DNA from: Thermoplasmata archaeon | Lineage (GTDB): Archaea; Thermoplasmatota; E2; DHVEG-1 | Assembly (NCBI GenBank): GCA_020054475.1 | Contig: JAHWGJ010000006.1 | Location: 368 to 64,367, forward strand | Direction: 5' to 3' | DNA: 64,000 nucleotides | In this document: piece after piece, positions 8,842 to 18,618 of the stretch | How positions within the stretch are numbered: position 1 is the first letter of the stretch | How the letters are laid out: every line of letters starts with the position of its first letter | The notes under the pieces: generated by a model | Database searches by the model: none | Seen by the model: the letters and a program-made list of their open reading frames with translations, nothing else | Told to the model about the DNA's origin: nothing | Position numbers and translations under genes: made by a program

Positions 8842-10143
8842 ATGAAAATGGAAATAGATGGATCCTGTTTGAATTTTAATATTTCTAAAAAAAATAAACG
8901 CCCTAAAGACAAATATGAGCTGCCAACTCATATTTTTCATGATTTAATGCCATTTAAGGTTCGTGAAATTCTACTAGTATCGAGTGTATATGATGCATTT
9001 ATTGTTGAAGAAGATGAGAAATCTGGAATTATTTCTGGAAATTTTGGTGAAAATTTTAATGTCTGTTCGCCTCCAACAACGGTATATCCTAAGCCAACAG
9101 CCATACTAACTAAACCATCCTCTCTCTTTTGATAGGATATTGGATAAAAATTATACGATTGAGCAACACCAGAAATTGTTGGAAAAAACCACCCAATATA
9201 TTCATTTCCAATTAATTCTTGAATTATTACAGCCATTTTTTCTTCATCAATTTTTGCTGATGTTGATTGAATATAGGCTTTTGCTTCTTTATAGAAAACG
9301 GATGCATATACTAATTTAATCGCTTGACAAAGTTGTTCCAATCTTAGTTTATTATCAGTATTATTATTTGGTAACATATATATTGAATACAAACCAGCAA
9401 ATGGATGGTTTTGTGAATCTTCCAGAAGACTAGAAGATCTTACAGCTATTGGTTTTTTAAAATGAATTAACACTTTTGTAAGTTTTTGCTTTAATTTTTT
9501 AGGAATTTTTGAATATATAAATATTTTAGCTATTTCTTTATCTGAGATATTTTTTTTATTGTTTGCTAAATATTGAAGTTCGTTTTCTAAGATAAATTCA
9601 TCAAATAAATCTGTTCCAATAGCTACAGTACTTGGAACAGTAATTTTAACATTTTTATATTTTATATCAATTCCAGAACGATATAAAAGCGTTCTAATAA
9701 AAGCAATTCCTCTTCCCTTTCCACCAAGAGAATCGCCCCCAATTTTAGTATATGATGAATCGAATTCGAATTTTTGTTTTGAAAAATCAGTCATTATCCC
9801 GAGTTGTTTTTCTCTTCTATTATCATTAAAAACCTTGATTAAGAATTTTCTCATTAAATCTAATGTTTTAAAATCTGATACCTTTTGAGGCCGTAATTTA
9901 TAAGCTAATTTAAATTCAGATCGAGCCATTAGCCAATTTGAAAAATCATTTCTATCTGAATGATAGAGGATTGAGCTAATAGGTGCTTTTTTTAACATTA
10001 ATTCAAATTCTTTTAGACCTGATGCTCTTTTTATTTCCAATTTTTCATCTATCTTTCCTTTTATTGGTTTATAAAAAACAAAGTCGCCAAACCCCAAAAA
10101 TTTTAATAAAAAATCGTGAATATCTATACTAAAATTTTTCATC
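8842..10143. pseudogene. disrupted PEP/pyruvate-binding (PpsA-like, GDH-associated) gene with internal inversion and deletions
   Basis: + strand N-terminus FHDLMPFKVREILLVSSVYDAFIVEED stops at about 9015; mid-gene segment (GFGDFVF, GSLGGKGRG-like, AVRSSSLLEDS, EKMAVIIQ, GLG..VVGG) lies on - strand about 10143 to 9016; C-terminus absent. Confidence 0.8.
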
Positions 10144-10156
10144 GAGAGTGAACAAA

Positions 10157-10984
10157 ATGTATCCAATAGTTGAAAAAAAAAAATTATCAGAAACAGTAAA
10201 ATTAATGAAAGTAAAAGCACCATTAGTTGCGAAAAAAGCAAAGGCAGGTCAATTTATTATTCTAAGAATAGATGAAAAAGGAGAGAGAATACCATTAACA
10301 ATTGCCGATTACAACAGAAATGAAGGCACAGTCACAATAATTTTTATGGAAGTTGGTAAAACCACTAAACAACTTGGAACAATGATTGAAGGAGACAATA
10401 TATTAAATTTTGCAGGACCTCTCGGCAAATCATCAGAAATTGAAAATTATGGAACAGTGGTTTGTATTGGTGGTGGAGTAGGAATTGCTCCTTTATATCC
10501 TATAATTAAAGCTTTAAAAGAGGCTGGAAATTATGTAATTTGCATTTTAGGAGCTCGAGATAAGAGTTTATTAATGCTAGAAGAAGAAATATCTAAAAAT
10601 TGTGATGAACTCCATATTGCCACAGATGATGGATCAAAGGGATTAAAAGGTTTTGTAAGTGATGTACTTCAAAAATTGATTGACAATGATAAAAAAATTG
10701 ATATTGTTTGGGCTATTGGGCCAGTAATTATGATGAAGGTTGTAGCAAATTTAACTAAAAAATATGATATTAAAACTATAGTAAGTTTAAATCCAATAAT
10801 GGTCGATGGAACAGGGATGTGTGGAGGTTGTAGAGTTGAGGTAGGTGGAAAAACAAAATTTGCATGTGTCGATGGTCCAGAATTTGATGGACATAAAGTA
10901 GATTTTAATAATTTAATGCTGAGAAATAGAAGATTTTTACGCGATGAAGAAGAAGCATGTAAAATGCATGAGGAGACAAGTTAA
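10157..10984 (+). CDS. nfnA: electron-bifurcating transhydrogenase small subunit NfnA/SudB
   Basis: GERIPLTI, GGGVGIAP, MVDGTGMCGGCRV, ACVDGPEFD. Confidence 0.92.
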   Translation: MYPIVEKKKLSETVKLMKVKAPLVAKKAKAGQFIILRIDEKGERIPLTIADYNRNEGTVTIIFMEVGKTTKQLGTMIEGDNILNFAGPLGKSSEIENYGTVVCIGGGVGIAPLYPIIKALKEAGNYVICILGARDKSLLMLEEEISKNCDELHIATDDGSKGLKGFVSDVLQKLIDNDKKIDIVWAIGPVIMMKVVANLTKKYDIKTIVSLNPIMVDGTGMCGGCRVEVGGKTKFACVDGPEFDGHKVDFNNLMLRNRRFLRDEEEACKMHEETS

Positions 10985-10986
10985 AA

Positions 10987-12387
10987 ATGGCGGTAAGAAA
11001 AAATAAATATGAAATGCCTGAACAAAAACCGAAAAATCGAATTAACAATTTTAATGAAGTACCTTACGGTTATGATGAACAGACAGCTATTGATGAGGCA
11101 AAAAGATGTTTACAATGTAAAAACAAACCATGCATGCAAGGATGTCCAGTAGAAATTGATATTCCTGGTTTTATCAAATGTATAGCTGATGGCGATTTTG
11201 ATAAAGCTGCGGATGTAATAAAATCGAAGAACAGTCTGCCAGCGGTATCTGGAAGAGTTTGTCCATATGAAGAACAATGTGAAGGATTATGTACTATTAA
11301 AAAAATTGGAGAACCTGTAGGAATAGGCAGACTTGAGAGATTTATTGCGGATTATGAAAGAAAAAAAGGAGTTAAAAAACCAATTAAAAAAAAATCTACT
11401 GGTAAAAAAACAGCAATAATCGGCTCAGGTCCTGCAGGGTTAACCTGTGCGGGAGATTTAGCTAAAATGGGTCATGAGGTAACAGTTTTTGAAGCTTTTC
11501 ATGCACCTGGAGGAGTGCTTATGTACGGAATTCCAGAATTTAGACTTCCTAAAGAGATTGTTAATGCTGAAGTAGATTATATAAAAAAATTGGGAGTTGA
11601 AATAAAATACGATGTTGTTGTAGGAAAAACAATTTCAACAGAAGAATTACTTGATGAATATGATTCAGTATTTATTGCTACAGGTGCAGGACTACCTCGC
11701 TTCTTAAATATTCCCGGAGAAAATCTTGACGGCGTATATTCTGCAAATGAGTTTTTAACTCGTATTAATATGATGAAGGCATATAAATTTCCTGAATATG
11801 ATACCCCTGTAAAAATTGGAGAGGTGGTAGCAACATTTGGAGCAGGTAACGTTGCGATGGATTCAGCTAGAACTGCATTAAGACTTGGAGCAAAAAAATC
11901 ATATATTATCTATCGAAGATCTGATGTAGAAATGCCCGCTCGTAATGAAGAGATTCAACATGCAAAGGAAGAAGGAATTATTTTCAAACTTTTAACAAAC
12001 CCTATTGAATTTAAAGGTAATGACAAAGGATATCTTACTCAGGTAAAATGTATAAAAATGAAACTAGGAGACCCTGATGAATCTGGAAGAAGAAGACCAA
12101 TACCTATACCCGATTCAGAAGAAATTATAAACATTGATACTGCAATAATTGCAATTGGTCAAAGCCCCAACCCATTAATTCCTCAAACAATGAAAAAGCT
12201 CAAAATTCAAAAATGGGGAAATATTGAAACGGATGAGGATGGACGCACAAATATACCTGGAGTATTTGCTGGAGGAGATATAGCAACAGGTGCTGCAACA
12301 GTTATTCTTGCAATGGGTGCAGGAAAACGTTCAGCTAGAGCAATGGATGAATATATGAAAACAAAGATATGGCCGATAAAGAAATGA
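10987..12387 (+). CDS. nfnB: NfnB/SudA (often annotated homotetrameric glutamate synthase GltA)
   Basis: RCLQC..PC..GCP, GRVCP..QCE, GSGPAG, YGIPEFRLPK, GAGNVAMD; paired with nfnA. Confidence 0.9.
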   Translation: MAVRKNKYEMPEQKPKNRINNFNEVPYGYDEQTAIDEAKRCLQCKNKPCMQGCPVEIDIPGFIKCIADGDFDKAADVIKSKNSLPAVSGRVCPYEEQCEGLCTIKKIGEPVGIGRLERFIADYERKKGVKKPIKKKSTGKKTAIIGSGPAGLTCAGDLAKMGHEVTVFEAFHAPGGVLMYGIPEFRLPKEIVNAEVDYIKKLGVEIKYDVVVGKTISTEELLDEYDSVFIATGAGLPRFLNIPGENLDGVYSANEFLTRINMMKAYKFPEYDTPVKIGEVVATFGAGNVAMDSARTALRLGAKKSYIIYRRSDVEMPARNEEIQHAKEEGIIFKLLTNPIEFKGNDKGYLTQVKCIKMKLGDPDESGRRRPIPIPDSEEIINIDTAIIAIGQSPNPLIPQTMKKLKIQKWGNIETDEDGRTNIPGVFAGGDIATGAATVILAMGAGKRSARAMDEYMKTKIWPIKK

Positions 12388-12422
12388 ATATTTAACTTTA
12401 TTAGATTTGTTTTATAAGTGTG

Positions 12423-14078
12423 TTATATAGAAGTTTCAAGTTTATAAGTAATTTTCTTCTTTTTTATAGAATAAATAAGTCCATTAAATAGAGGAGATGG
12501 TTTCATAGGACGTGATTTAAATTCTGGATGTGCCTGAGTACCCACGAAATAAGGATGAGTATCTATTTCCATAAATTCCATTAATATTTTATCAGGAGAA
12601 CATCCTGAAAAAGTTAATCCATTTTTTTCCAAAATATTTACATACTCAGGATTTACTTCATATCTATGTCTATGTCTTTCAAAAATTTTATTTTTATCAT
12701 ACAATTTTTGTACGATAGATCCTTTCTTAAGTAATGCAGGATATGCTCCCAGCCTCATTGAAGCACCATATCTAGAATCCCTAATAATGTTGATTTGTTC
12801 AGGAATATAATCTATGACCGGGTGAGGAGTATTTTTATCTACCTCTGAAGAATGCGCTTCTTTGAGATTACATACATTTCTTGCATATTCAACAACTGCA
12901 AGTTGCATTCCTAAGCATAAGCCTAAAAAAGGAATATTATTTTTTCTTGCATATTCTATTGTTTTAATTTTTCCCTCTATGCCAGATAATCCAAAACCAC
13001 CTGGTACAATAATTCCATCTACTGAATTAAGACTAGTTATTTTTTCAGGTTTTTTCTCAAAAATTTTCGAATCAATCCATTTAATATTTGGATTTATATT
13101 ATTATTCCAAGCAGCATGTTTTACTGCTTCAATTACCGAGATATATGAATCTGATAATTGGGATGATCCAATATCAAAATATTTACCTACTATGCCAATA
13201 TTTATACTGTTATCTAGGTTTCCAATATTTAAAATGTAATCTTTCCAAATTTTTAATTCATTGTGATCTTTTCTAAGTCTTAATTTTCGTAAGATTTTTT
13301 TACTTAGGAATTGTTCTTCAAATAATAAGGGTACCGCATAGACATTGTCAATATCTGAATCAGATATTACATCTTCTTCATGAACATTGCAAAACAAAGC
13401 AATTTTCTCTCTTCTTACTTCATCAAGAGGTTTCTCAGAACGAGTAACAATAAAATCTGGTTGAATACCTATTCCTCTTAGTAATTTTACTGAATGCTGA
13501 GTTGGTTTTGTTTTTGCTTCACCTAACGAATCAAGTACAGGCACATAGGTCACATGAACGTATAGAACCTTATCTCCTTCATGTTTCATTTGTCTAACAG
13601 CTTCTAAAAAAAGGACATTTTCATAATCTCCTACAGTTCCACCTATTTCAACTATAATAAAATCTAATTTTTGATTTTGAGAGGTTTCTCGAATTCTCCT
13701 CTTAATCTCATCTGTTACATGAGGTATTGGTTGAACGGTTTTGCCAAGATACTTACCCTTTCGTTCTTTTTCAATTACTGCACTATAAACTTGACCAGTT
13801 GTAATATTTTGACATTTAGGTATATTAATATCTAAAAATCTTTCATAATGCCCTAAATCTTGATCAATTTCACCACCATCTTCAGTTACCCAAACTTCAC
13901 CATGTTCAGTCGGACGCAAAGTACCAGCATCACAGTTCATATATGGGTCTATCTTTATTGCAGTGACATCATATCCATGTAATTTTAAAATTTTTCCAAT
14001 GGAGGCAGTTGTTATCCCTTTTCCCAATCCAGAAACAACACCTCCCGTAACAATAATATAATTTACCATGTAGATCAA
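12423..14078 (-). CDS. pyrG: CTP synthase
   Basis: GGVVSGLGKG, KTKPTQHSV, GLCLGMQ, ERHRHRYE, QAHPEF. Confidence 0.98.
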   Translation of the reverse strand: MIYMVNYIIVTGGVVSGLGKGITTASIGKILKLHGYDVTAIKIDPYMNCDAGTLRPTEHGEVWVTEDGGEIDQDLGHYERFLDINIPKCQNITTGQVYSAVIEKERKGKYLGKTVQPIPHVTDEIKRRIRETSQNQKLDFIIVEIGGTVGDYENVLFLEAVRQMKHEGDKVLYVHVTYVPVLDSLGEAKTKPTQHSVKLLRGIGIQPDFIVTRSEKPLDEVRREKIALFCNVHEEDVISDSDIDNVYAVPLLFEEQFLSKKILRKLRLRKDHNELKIWKDYILNIGNLDNSINIGIVGKYFDIGSSQLSDSYISVIEAVKHAAWNNNINPNIKWIDSKIFEKKPEKITSLNSVDGIIVPGGFGLSGIEGKIKTIEYARKNNIPFLGLCLGMQLAVVEYARNVCNLKEAHSSEVDKNTPHPVIDYIPEQINIIRDSRYGASMRLGAYPALLKKGSIVQKLYDKNKIFERHRHRYEVNPEYVNILEKNGLTFSGCSPDKILMEFMEIDTHPYFVGTQAHPEFKSRPMKPSPLFNGLIYSIKKKKITYKLETSI

Positions 14079-14178
14079 TGGGGACAGTAAATGTGTTTTC
14101 TTGTTTAAAATACTTTTGTATATACTAATTTTTATAAAAAAATAATTTTATATAGATAATTATGAATAAAAATAAATA

Positions 14179-14214
14179 GGATTGATAAACAATCCAAGCA
14201 CTGAATTAAGTGCG
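14179..14214 (-). terminator. tandem hairpins 3' of alba (possible terminator / 3' UTR structure)
   Basis: GGATTG-N5-CAATCC and GCACT-N6-AGTGC inverted repeats between alba and pyrG, followed by T-rich sequence on - strand. Confidence 0.35.
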
Positions 14215-14245
14215 TTTTTTAGTGATTCCGCTATTTCAAATTTGT

Positions 14246-14536
14246 TTATTTTGTAGATAGGGTTATTTCAATTGATGACACGTTGGAATTTCTACCTTCT
14301 TCATTAGTAATGATTTCAGTATCGATTTTAATATCTTTTACTTTAGCATCTTGTACAAATCTATTTCGTACAATCTCTGCAGTATCCACTGCCCTACTTA
14401 TTGCTCTGCCTCTAGCTTTTATCTGTACCGTATCTGATCCGCCATTGAACTGTGTAACTACAGCTAATACATAGCTCATTGGGGGCTTATTTCCAACAAA
14501 TATTGTGTTTTCATCTGCCGATTTTTTTTCTGTCAT
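14246..14536 (-). CDS. albA: DNA/RNA-binding protein Alba
   Basis: [45 protein letters not shown]. Confidence 0.98.
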   Translation of the reverse strand: MTEKKSADENTIFVGNKPPMSYVLAVVTQFNGGSDTVQIKARGRAISRAVDTAEIVRNRFVQDAKVKDIKIDTEIITNEEGRNSNVSSIEITLSTK

Positions 14537-14620
14537 AAACTATTTCCTCCATGTTATAACTTGTTTTATATATGCTCAATAAATTTTGCTGATATTTATA
14601 TAGTTTTCGATATTTAGGGC

Positions 14621-14703
14621 TTTGCACCTTTAATACCTTTTTTCGACTATTTTGGATGCAGAACTAGGAATTTGGGTGCAGAATACTTTTTTTGGTGCAA
14701 AAA
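14621..14703. repeat. TTTGG(R)TGCARAA direct repeats at 20-bp period plus one inverted copy
   Basis: Copies at 14651, 14671, 14691; inverted TTTGCACC at 14621; just upstream of the alba TATA box (about 14595-14602). Confidence 0.6.
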
Positions 14704-14948
14704 TGAATAAAGGTGGAAAGCTAATATTTAGAAATTTAAAAAAATTATACGATTATTAATTATATTAAATATATTTTGTCATTTCTCAAAGGAAGTGTGT
14801 TTCTATAATAAATAATTGATTTCTATTAATTAGGGGAAAATTATAGAGAAAAACTAGAAATGCTTTTTTAATTGGAGAGAGTGAGAGAGAGCGACAATTA
14901 AAAAAAAGTTTCTCTCTCACATTTGAATTATTAAAGTTTTAACGTTGT

Positions 14949-15135
14949 TCAAAAACCCTGATTATTTATAACAAGTATAATTTTCGCCTCAAGAACAATG
15001 GTCTTTTTTATCATAGCTCTCAAGACCAATTTTACTAATGTTATAATTCCTCAATGTCTGATCAGCCTTGAATATGGTATTGAATTTAATTGAGGAATCT
15101 TGAGAAATCATTGAGGTTTCTTGAAATAATATTGA
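14949..15135. repeat. helically phased TCAA/TTGA array
   Basis: TTGA at 15068, 15080, 15090, 15100, 15111, 15121, 15132; TCAA at 14949, 14989, 15020, 15051. Confidence 0.55.
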
Positions 15136-15260
15136 AACAATGTTATAACTTAAATGGATATTAAATATATAATGTACGGGTAGTTAGATTTATAATATAT
15201 CCTCATTTACACTGTTTTCGGGAACATAAAAAATATTCTCTTTTATGGGGAAGATATAAA

Positions 15261-17132
15261 ATGGAAATAATAGAAAACAAGCCTGGAAAAAATATTTTAT
15301 TATTAGGAAACGAAGCAATAACTCGAGGAGCTATTGAAGCAGGAGTTTCAGTGGCGACAACTTATCCTGGAACTCCATCGTCAGAAATTGCTGATTCATT
15401 TTCAAAAATTGCAAAATATAAAACTAAGAAAAATAAAGAGCCAGGTTTTTATTTTGAATACTCTACTAATGAAAAAGTCGCACTAGAAATTGCTGCTGCA
15501 GCAGCAATTACAGGATTGCGTTCTTTAACTTGTATGAAGCATGTTGGGTTAAATGTTGCTAGTGATACTTTCATGACATACCTATATATTGGATGTAGAG
15601 GGGGTCATGTAATAGTATCTGCTGATGATCCATCATGCCATTCCTCTCAAAATGAGCAAGATAATAGATATTATGCAATTTTTGGAGGAGCCCCAATGTT
15701 TGAACCAGCAACTCCTCAAGAAGCAAAAGAAATGACCAGAATGGCTTTTGAAATATCAGAAGAATTAAATTCACCTGTTTTACTAAGGACAACAACAAGA
15801 CTTAATCATGCAAGAGGTCCTATCACATTTAATAAAATTGAAAAATCAAAAGAAAAAGGCAACTTTGAAAGAAATCCAATGTGGGTTACAACACCTGAAA
15901 TAGCACGTGCACGTCATCCTGTACTTATTAAAATGCTTGAAAAAGCTGAAAAAATATCAGAATCTTATCCATATAATGAAATTATTAATATTGGAAAACA
16001 AAGCGAGTGGGGCATTATTACTTCCGGTGTTTCTTATAATTATGTTAGGGAAATATCAGAAGAATTAAATCTAAATGTAAAAATTTTAAAATTGGGCATG
16101 ACGCATCCCATTCCAAAAAATATATGTAAAAAATTTATAAGATCCTGTAAAAAGATTATCATTGTTGAAGAACTTGAACCAATTCTTGAAAATCAAATTA
16201 AACAAATTATATATGATATTGGAGTTAGTGTAAGAATATTCGGTAAAACTACGGGGCACTTCTCTCGGTTATATGAATATAATCCGGATATAGTTGAAGA
16301 AGTTTTTTTGAAAATATTTAAAATTAATAAAGAAATAAAAAAACCTAATAAGAGTAAACTAGAATTGCCGAAAAGACCACCTGCATTATGCCCTGGTTGT
16401 CCGCATAGAGCAACTTATTATGCAGCAAAAAAGGCTCAACCTAAAGGTGTAATTTACCCAACGGATATTGGATGTTATACGTTAGGAAAAGAAAAACCAT
16501 TAGAAATGGCAGATCTTCTTCTCTGTATGGGGAGTAATGCTGGAACTGCTTGCGGTTTAGCAGTTGCAACAGATGAAAAAATAATTTCATTTATGGGAGA
16601 TTCAACTTTTTTCCATTCAGGGATACCTCCAATAATTGATGCGGTTCATCATAATCATAATGTGGTAATTACAATTTTAGATAATAGAACTACAGCTATG
16701 ACAGGACATCAGCCTCACCCTGGAACTGATTTTGATGGTATGGGTCGACCAGCAAAAAAAATTTTAGTCGAAAATGTGGTAAAAGGATGTGGGGTTGAGA
16801 ATATTGAAATTATTAATCCAAACAATATAGAAAAATCAACTGAAGCATATAAAAGAGCACTTAAGTATAGTGGAACATCTGTTGTTATTAGTAAATCACC
16901 TTGCATAATTCTTGAAAATAGAAATAAAAGAAAGAGAAATGAAATCATTCACGTATATCAAATAGATCAAGAAAAATGTAAAAAATGCAAGACTTGTATT
17001 GGCAAATTTGGATGCCCTGCAATTTATTTTGAAGAAGATAAAAGTATTCATATTGACATGAATCAATGTAATGGTTGTGGAAACTGTGCAACAATATGTC
17101 CTTTCAATGCTATTTTTAAAAAGGAGAATTGA
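15261..17132 (+). CDS. iorA: indolepyruvate:ferredoxin oxidoreductase alpha subunit
   Basis: LLGNEAI, YPGTPSSEI, MKHVGLNVA, LCPGCPHR, GDSTFFHSG, C-terminal 2x[4Fe-4S]. Confidence 0.96.
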   Translation: MEIIENKPGKNILLLGNEAITRGAIEAGVSVATTYPGTPSSEIADSFSKIAKYKTKKNKEPGFYFEYSTNEKVALEIAAAAAITGLRSLTCMKHVGLNVASDTFMTYLYIGCRGGHVIVSADDPSCHSSQNEQDNRYYAIFGGAPMFEPATPQEAKEMTRMAFEISEELNSPVLLRTTTRLNHARGPITFNKIEKSKEKGNFERNPMWVTTPEIARARHPVLIKMLEKAEKISESYPYNEIINIGKQSEWGIITSGVSYNYVREISEELNLNVKILKLGMTHPIPKNICKKFIRSCKKIIIVEELEPILENQIKQIIYDIGVSVRIFGKTTGHFSRLYEYNPDIVEEVFLKIFKINKEIKKPNKSKLELPKRPPALCPGCPHRATYYAAKKAQPKGVIYPTDIGCYTLGKEKPLEMADLLLCMGSNAGTACGLAVATDEKIISFMGDSTFFHSGIPPIIDAVHHNHNVVITILDNRTTAMTGHQPHPGTDFDGMGRPAKKILVENVVKGCGVENIEIINPNNIEKSTEAYKRALKYSGTSVVISKSPCIILENRNKRKRNEIIHVYQIDQEKCKKCKTCIGKFGCPAIYFEEDKSIHIDMNQCNGCGNCATICPFNAIFKKEN

Positions 17133-17134
17133 AA

Positions 17135-17719
17135 ATGAAAAATAATATTGTACTAACTGGCGTTGGAGGTCAGGGAGTAATAACCGCTGCAAATATTCTA
17201 GGAAAGGCAGCGTTAAAAGCAGAATTAAATGTTTATGTCTCAGAAGTGCATGGAATGGCACAACGAGGAGGATCAGTGAATTGTGCTGTTAGAATCGGAG
17301 ATGTTTATGGCCCACTTGTAGCAAATGGTACAGCAGATGCAATAGTTAGTACTGAACCAATTGAAGCTTTAAGATATATAAATTTTTCAAATAATAAAAC
17401 GAAAATAATAACAGATATTAATCCAGTAATACCATTTACCGTTTCAGTTGGAAACGATAAATATCCAAGTCTTGATAAGGTATTTAGTGAACTTAGAAAA
17501 AATGGAGATTTATATAAAATAGATGCAAATAAAATTGCAATTGATGTTGGAAATATCATTACTAAAAATACTGTCCTTTTAGGCGCATTAGCAGCATCAG
17601 ATGTTTTACTATTTAAATCAGATTTATTATTATCAACAATTCTTGAAAATGTTCCTTCAAGGTTTAAAGAAATAAATAGAAAAGCATTCCAAAAAGGATA
17701 TAAAGCTATTAAAAAATGA
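17135..17719 (+). CDS. iorB: indolepyruvate:ferredoxin oxidoreductase beta subunit
   Basis: GVGGQG, EVHGMAQRGGSV. Confidence 0.96.
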   Translation: MKNNIVLTGVGGQGVITAANILGKAALKAELNVYVSEVHGMAQRGGSVNCAVRIGDVYGPLVANGTADAIVSTEPIEALRYINFSNNKTKIITDINPVIPFTVSVGNDKYPSLDKVFSELRKNGDLYKIDANKIAIDVGNIITKNTVLLGALAASDVLLFKSDLLLSTILENVPSRFKEINRKAFQKGYKAIKK

Positions 17720-18600
17720 ATAAAAATAATTTTAATTATAATTCATTTCTACTAATAATTATAGCTTTGGTATGGGCCGGATCTTTTATTGTTGTAGATG
17801 CCACTATAAAACAAATTCAACCTATTACAATTGCATTTTTAAGGTTTTTAATTGCAACGCCATTTATGATTATCTCAATATTTATATTTAAAAAAAATCA
17901 ATTAATTAAATTAAGAGATTTGCATTATTTTATAATTTTAGGATTAACTGGTGTAACCTTTTTATATATATTTCAGTACCTTGGAATTGAAAGAACCACT
18001 CCATCAACATCTGCAGTTCTAATAAATACCAATGTAATTTTTATATTATTCCTATCAGTTATTTTCCTTAAAGAAAATATTACAAAAAAAAGAATAATTG
18101 GCATAATATTGTCGTTTATTGGCGTAATATTTGTCTTATTAGCTCAGATGATTAATGAAAATGTTGTTTTTGATAATATCTTTCTTACAGGTTGTATATT
18201 TATTATCATTTCAGCGTTATGTTGGGCTATTTATTCGATTATTGGAAAAAAAATAATGAAAAAATACAATCCATTATTAGTCATTACATATATTTTTATC
18301 ATGGGAACTTTGTTTTTTTTACCTTTTATTAGCACTGATATAATTGCTGAGATTGGCAATGTCAATTTAAATGGCTGGTTATATATAATATACCTCTCAA
18401 TTATCTGCTCAGTTTTTGGTTATATTGGATGGTATTTTATCTTAGAAAAAACTGAAGCAAGCAAATCAGCGGTTTATCTCAATTTAATACCATTATTTGG
18501 AATTATTTTATCATTTTTCTATGGGGAAAAAATAACAATTTTCTTTATTCTTGGAGCAATCTTAATAATATATGGTGTTTATTTAACTCAAAAAAATTAA
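17716..18600 (+). CDS. DMT/EamA family transporter
   Basis: About 10 TM segments, two EamA repeats (WAGSF..FLRF; CWAIYSIIGK). Confidence 0.9.
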   Translation: MNKNNFNYNSFLLIIIALVWAGSFIVVDATIKQIQPITIAFLRFLIATPFMIISIFIFKKNQLIKLRDLHYFIILGLTGVTFLYIFQYLGIERTTPSTSAVLINTNVIFILFLSVIFLKENITKKRIIGIILSFIGVIFVLLAQMINENVVFDNIFLTGCIFIIISALCWAIYSIIGKKIMKKYNPLLVITYIFIMGTLFFLPFISTDIIAEIGNVNLNGWLYIIYLSIICSVFGYIGWYFILEKTEASKSAVYLNLIPLFGIILSFFYGEKITIFFILGAILIIYGVYLTQKN

Positions 18601-18618
18601 TCTATTTAGGTATTTAAA

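Noticed and set aside
8937-10241. 434-aa minus-strand ORF as an intact gene
   Set aside because: Both ends are antisense read-through of other sequence (nfnA start; the + strand N-terminal fragment); only about 9016-10143 is homologous coding sequence
10987-12387. Glutamate synthase
   Set aside because: No GltB large subunit; pairing with a SudB/NfnA gene indicates Nfn
14651-14703. Mini CRISPR array
   Set aside because: Repeats are 13 bp with 7-bp spacers, no cas genes; far from CRISPR dimensions
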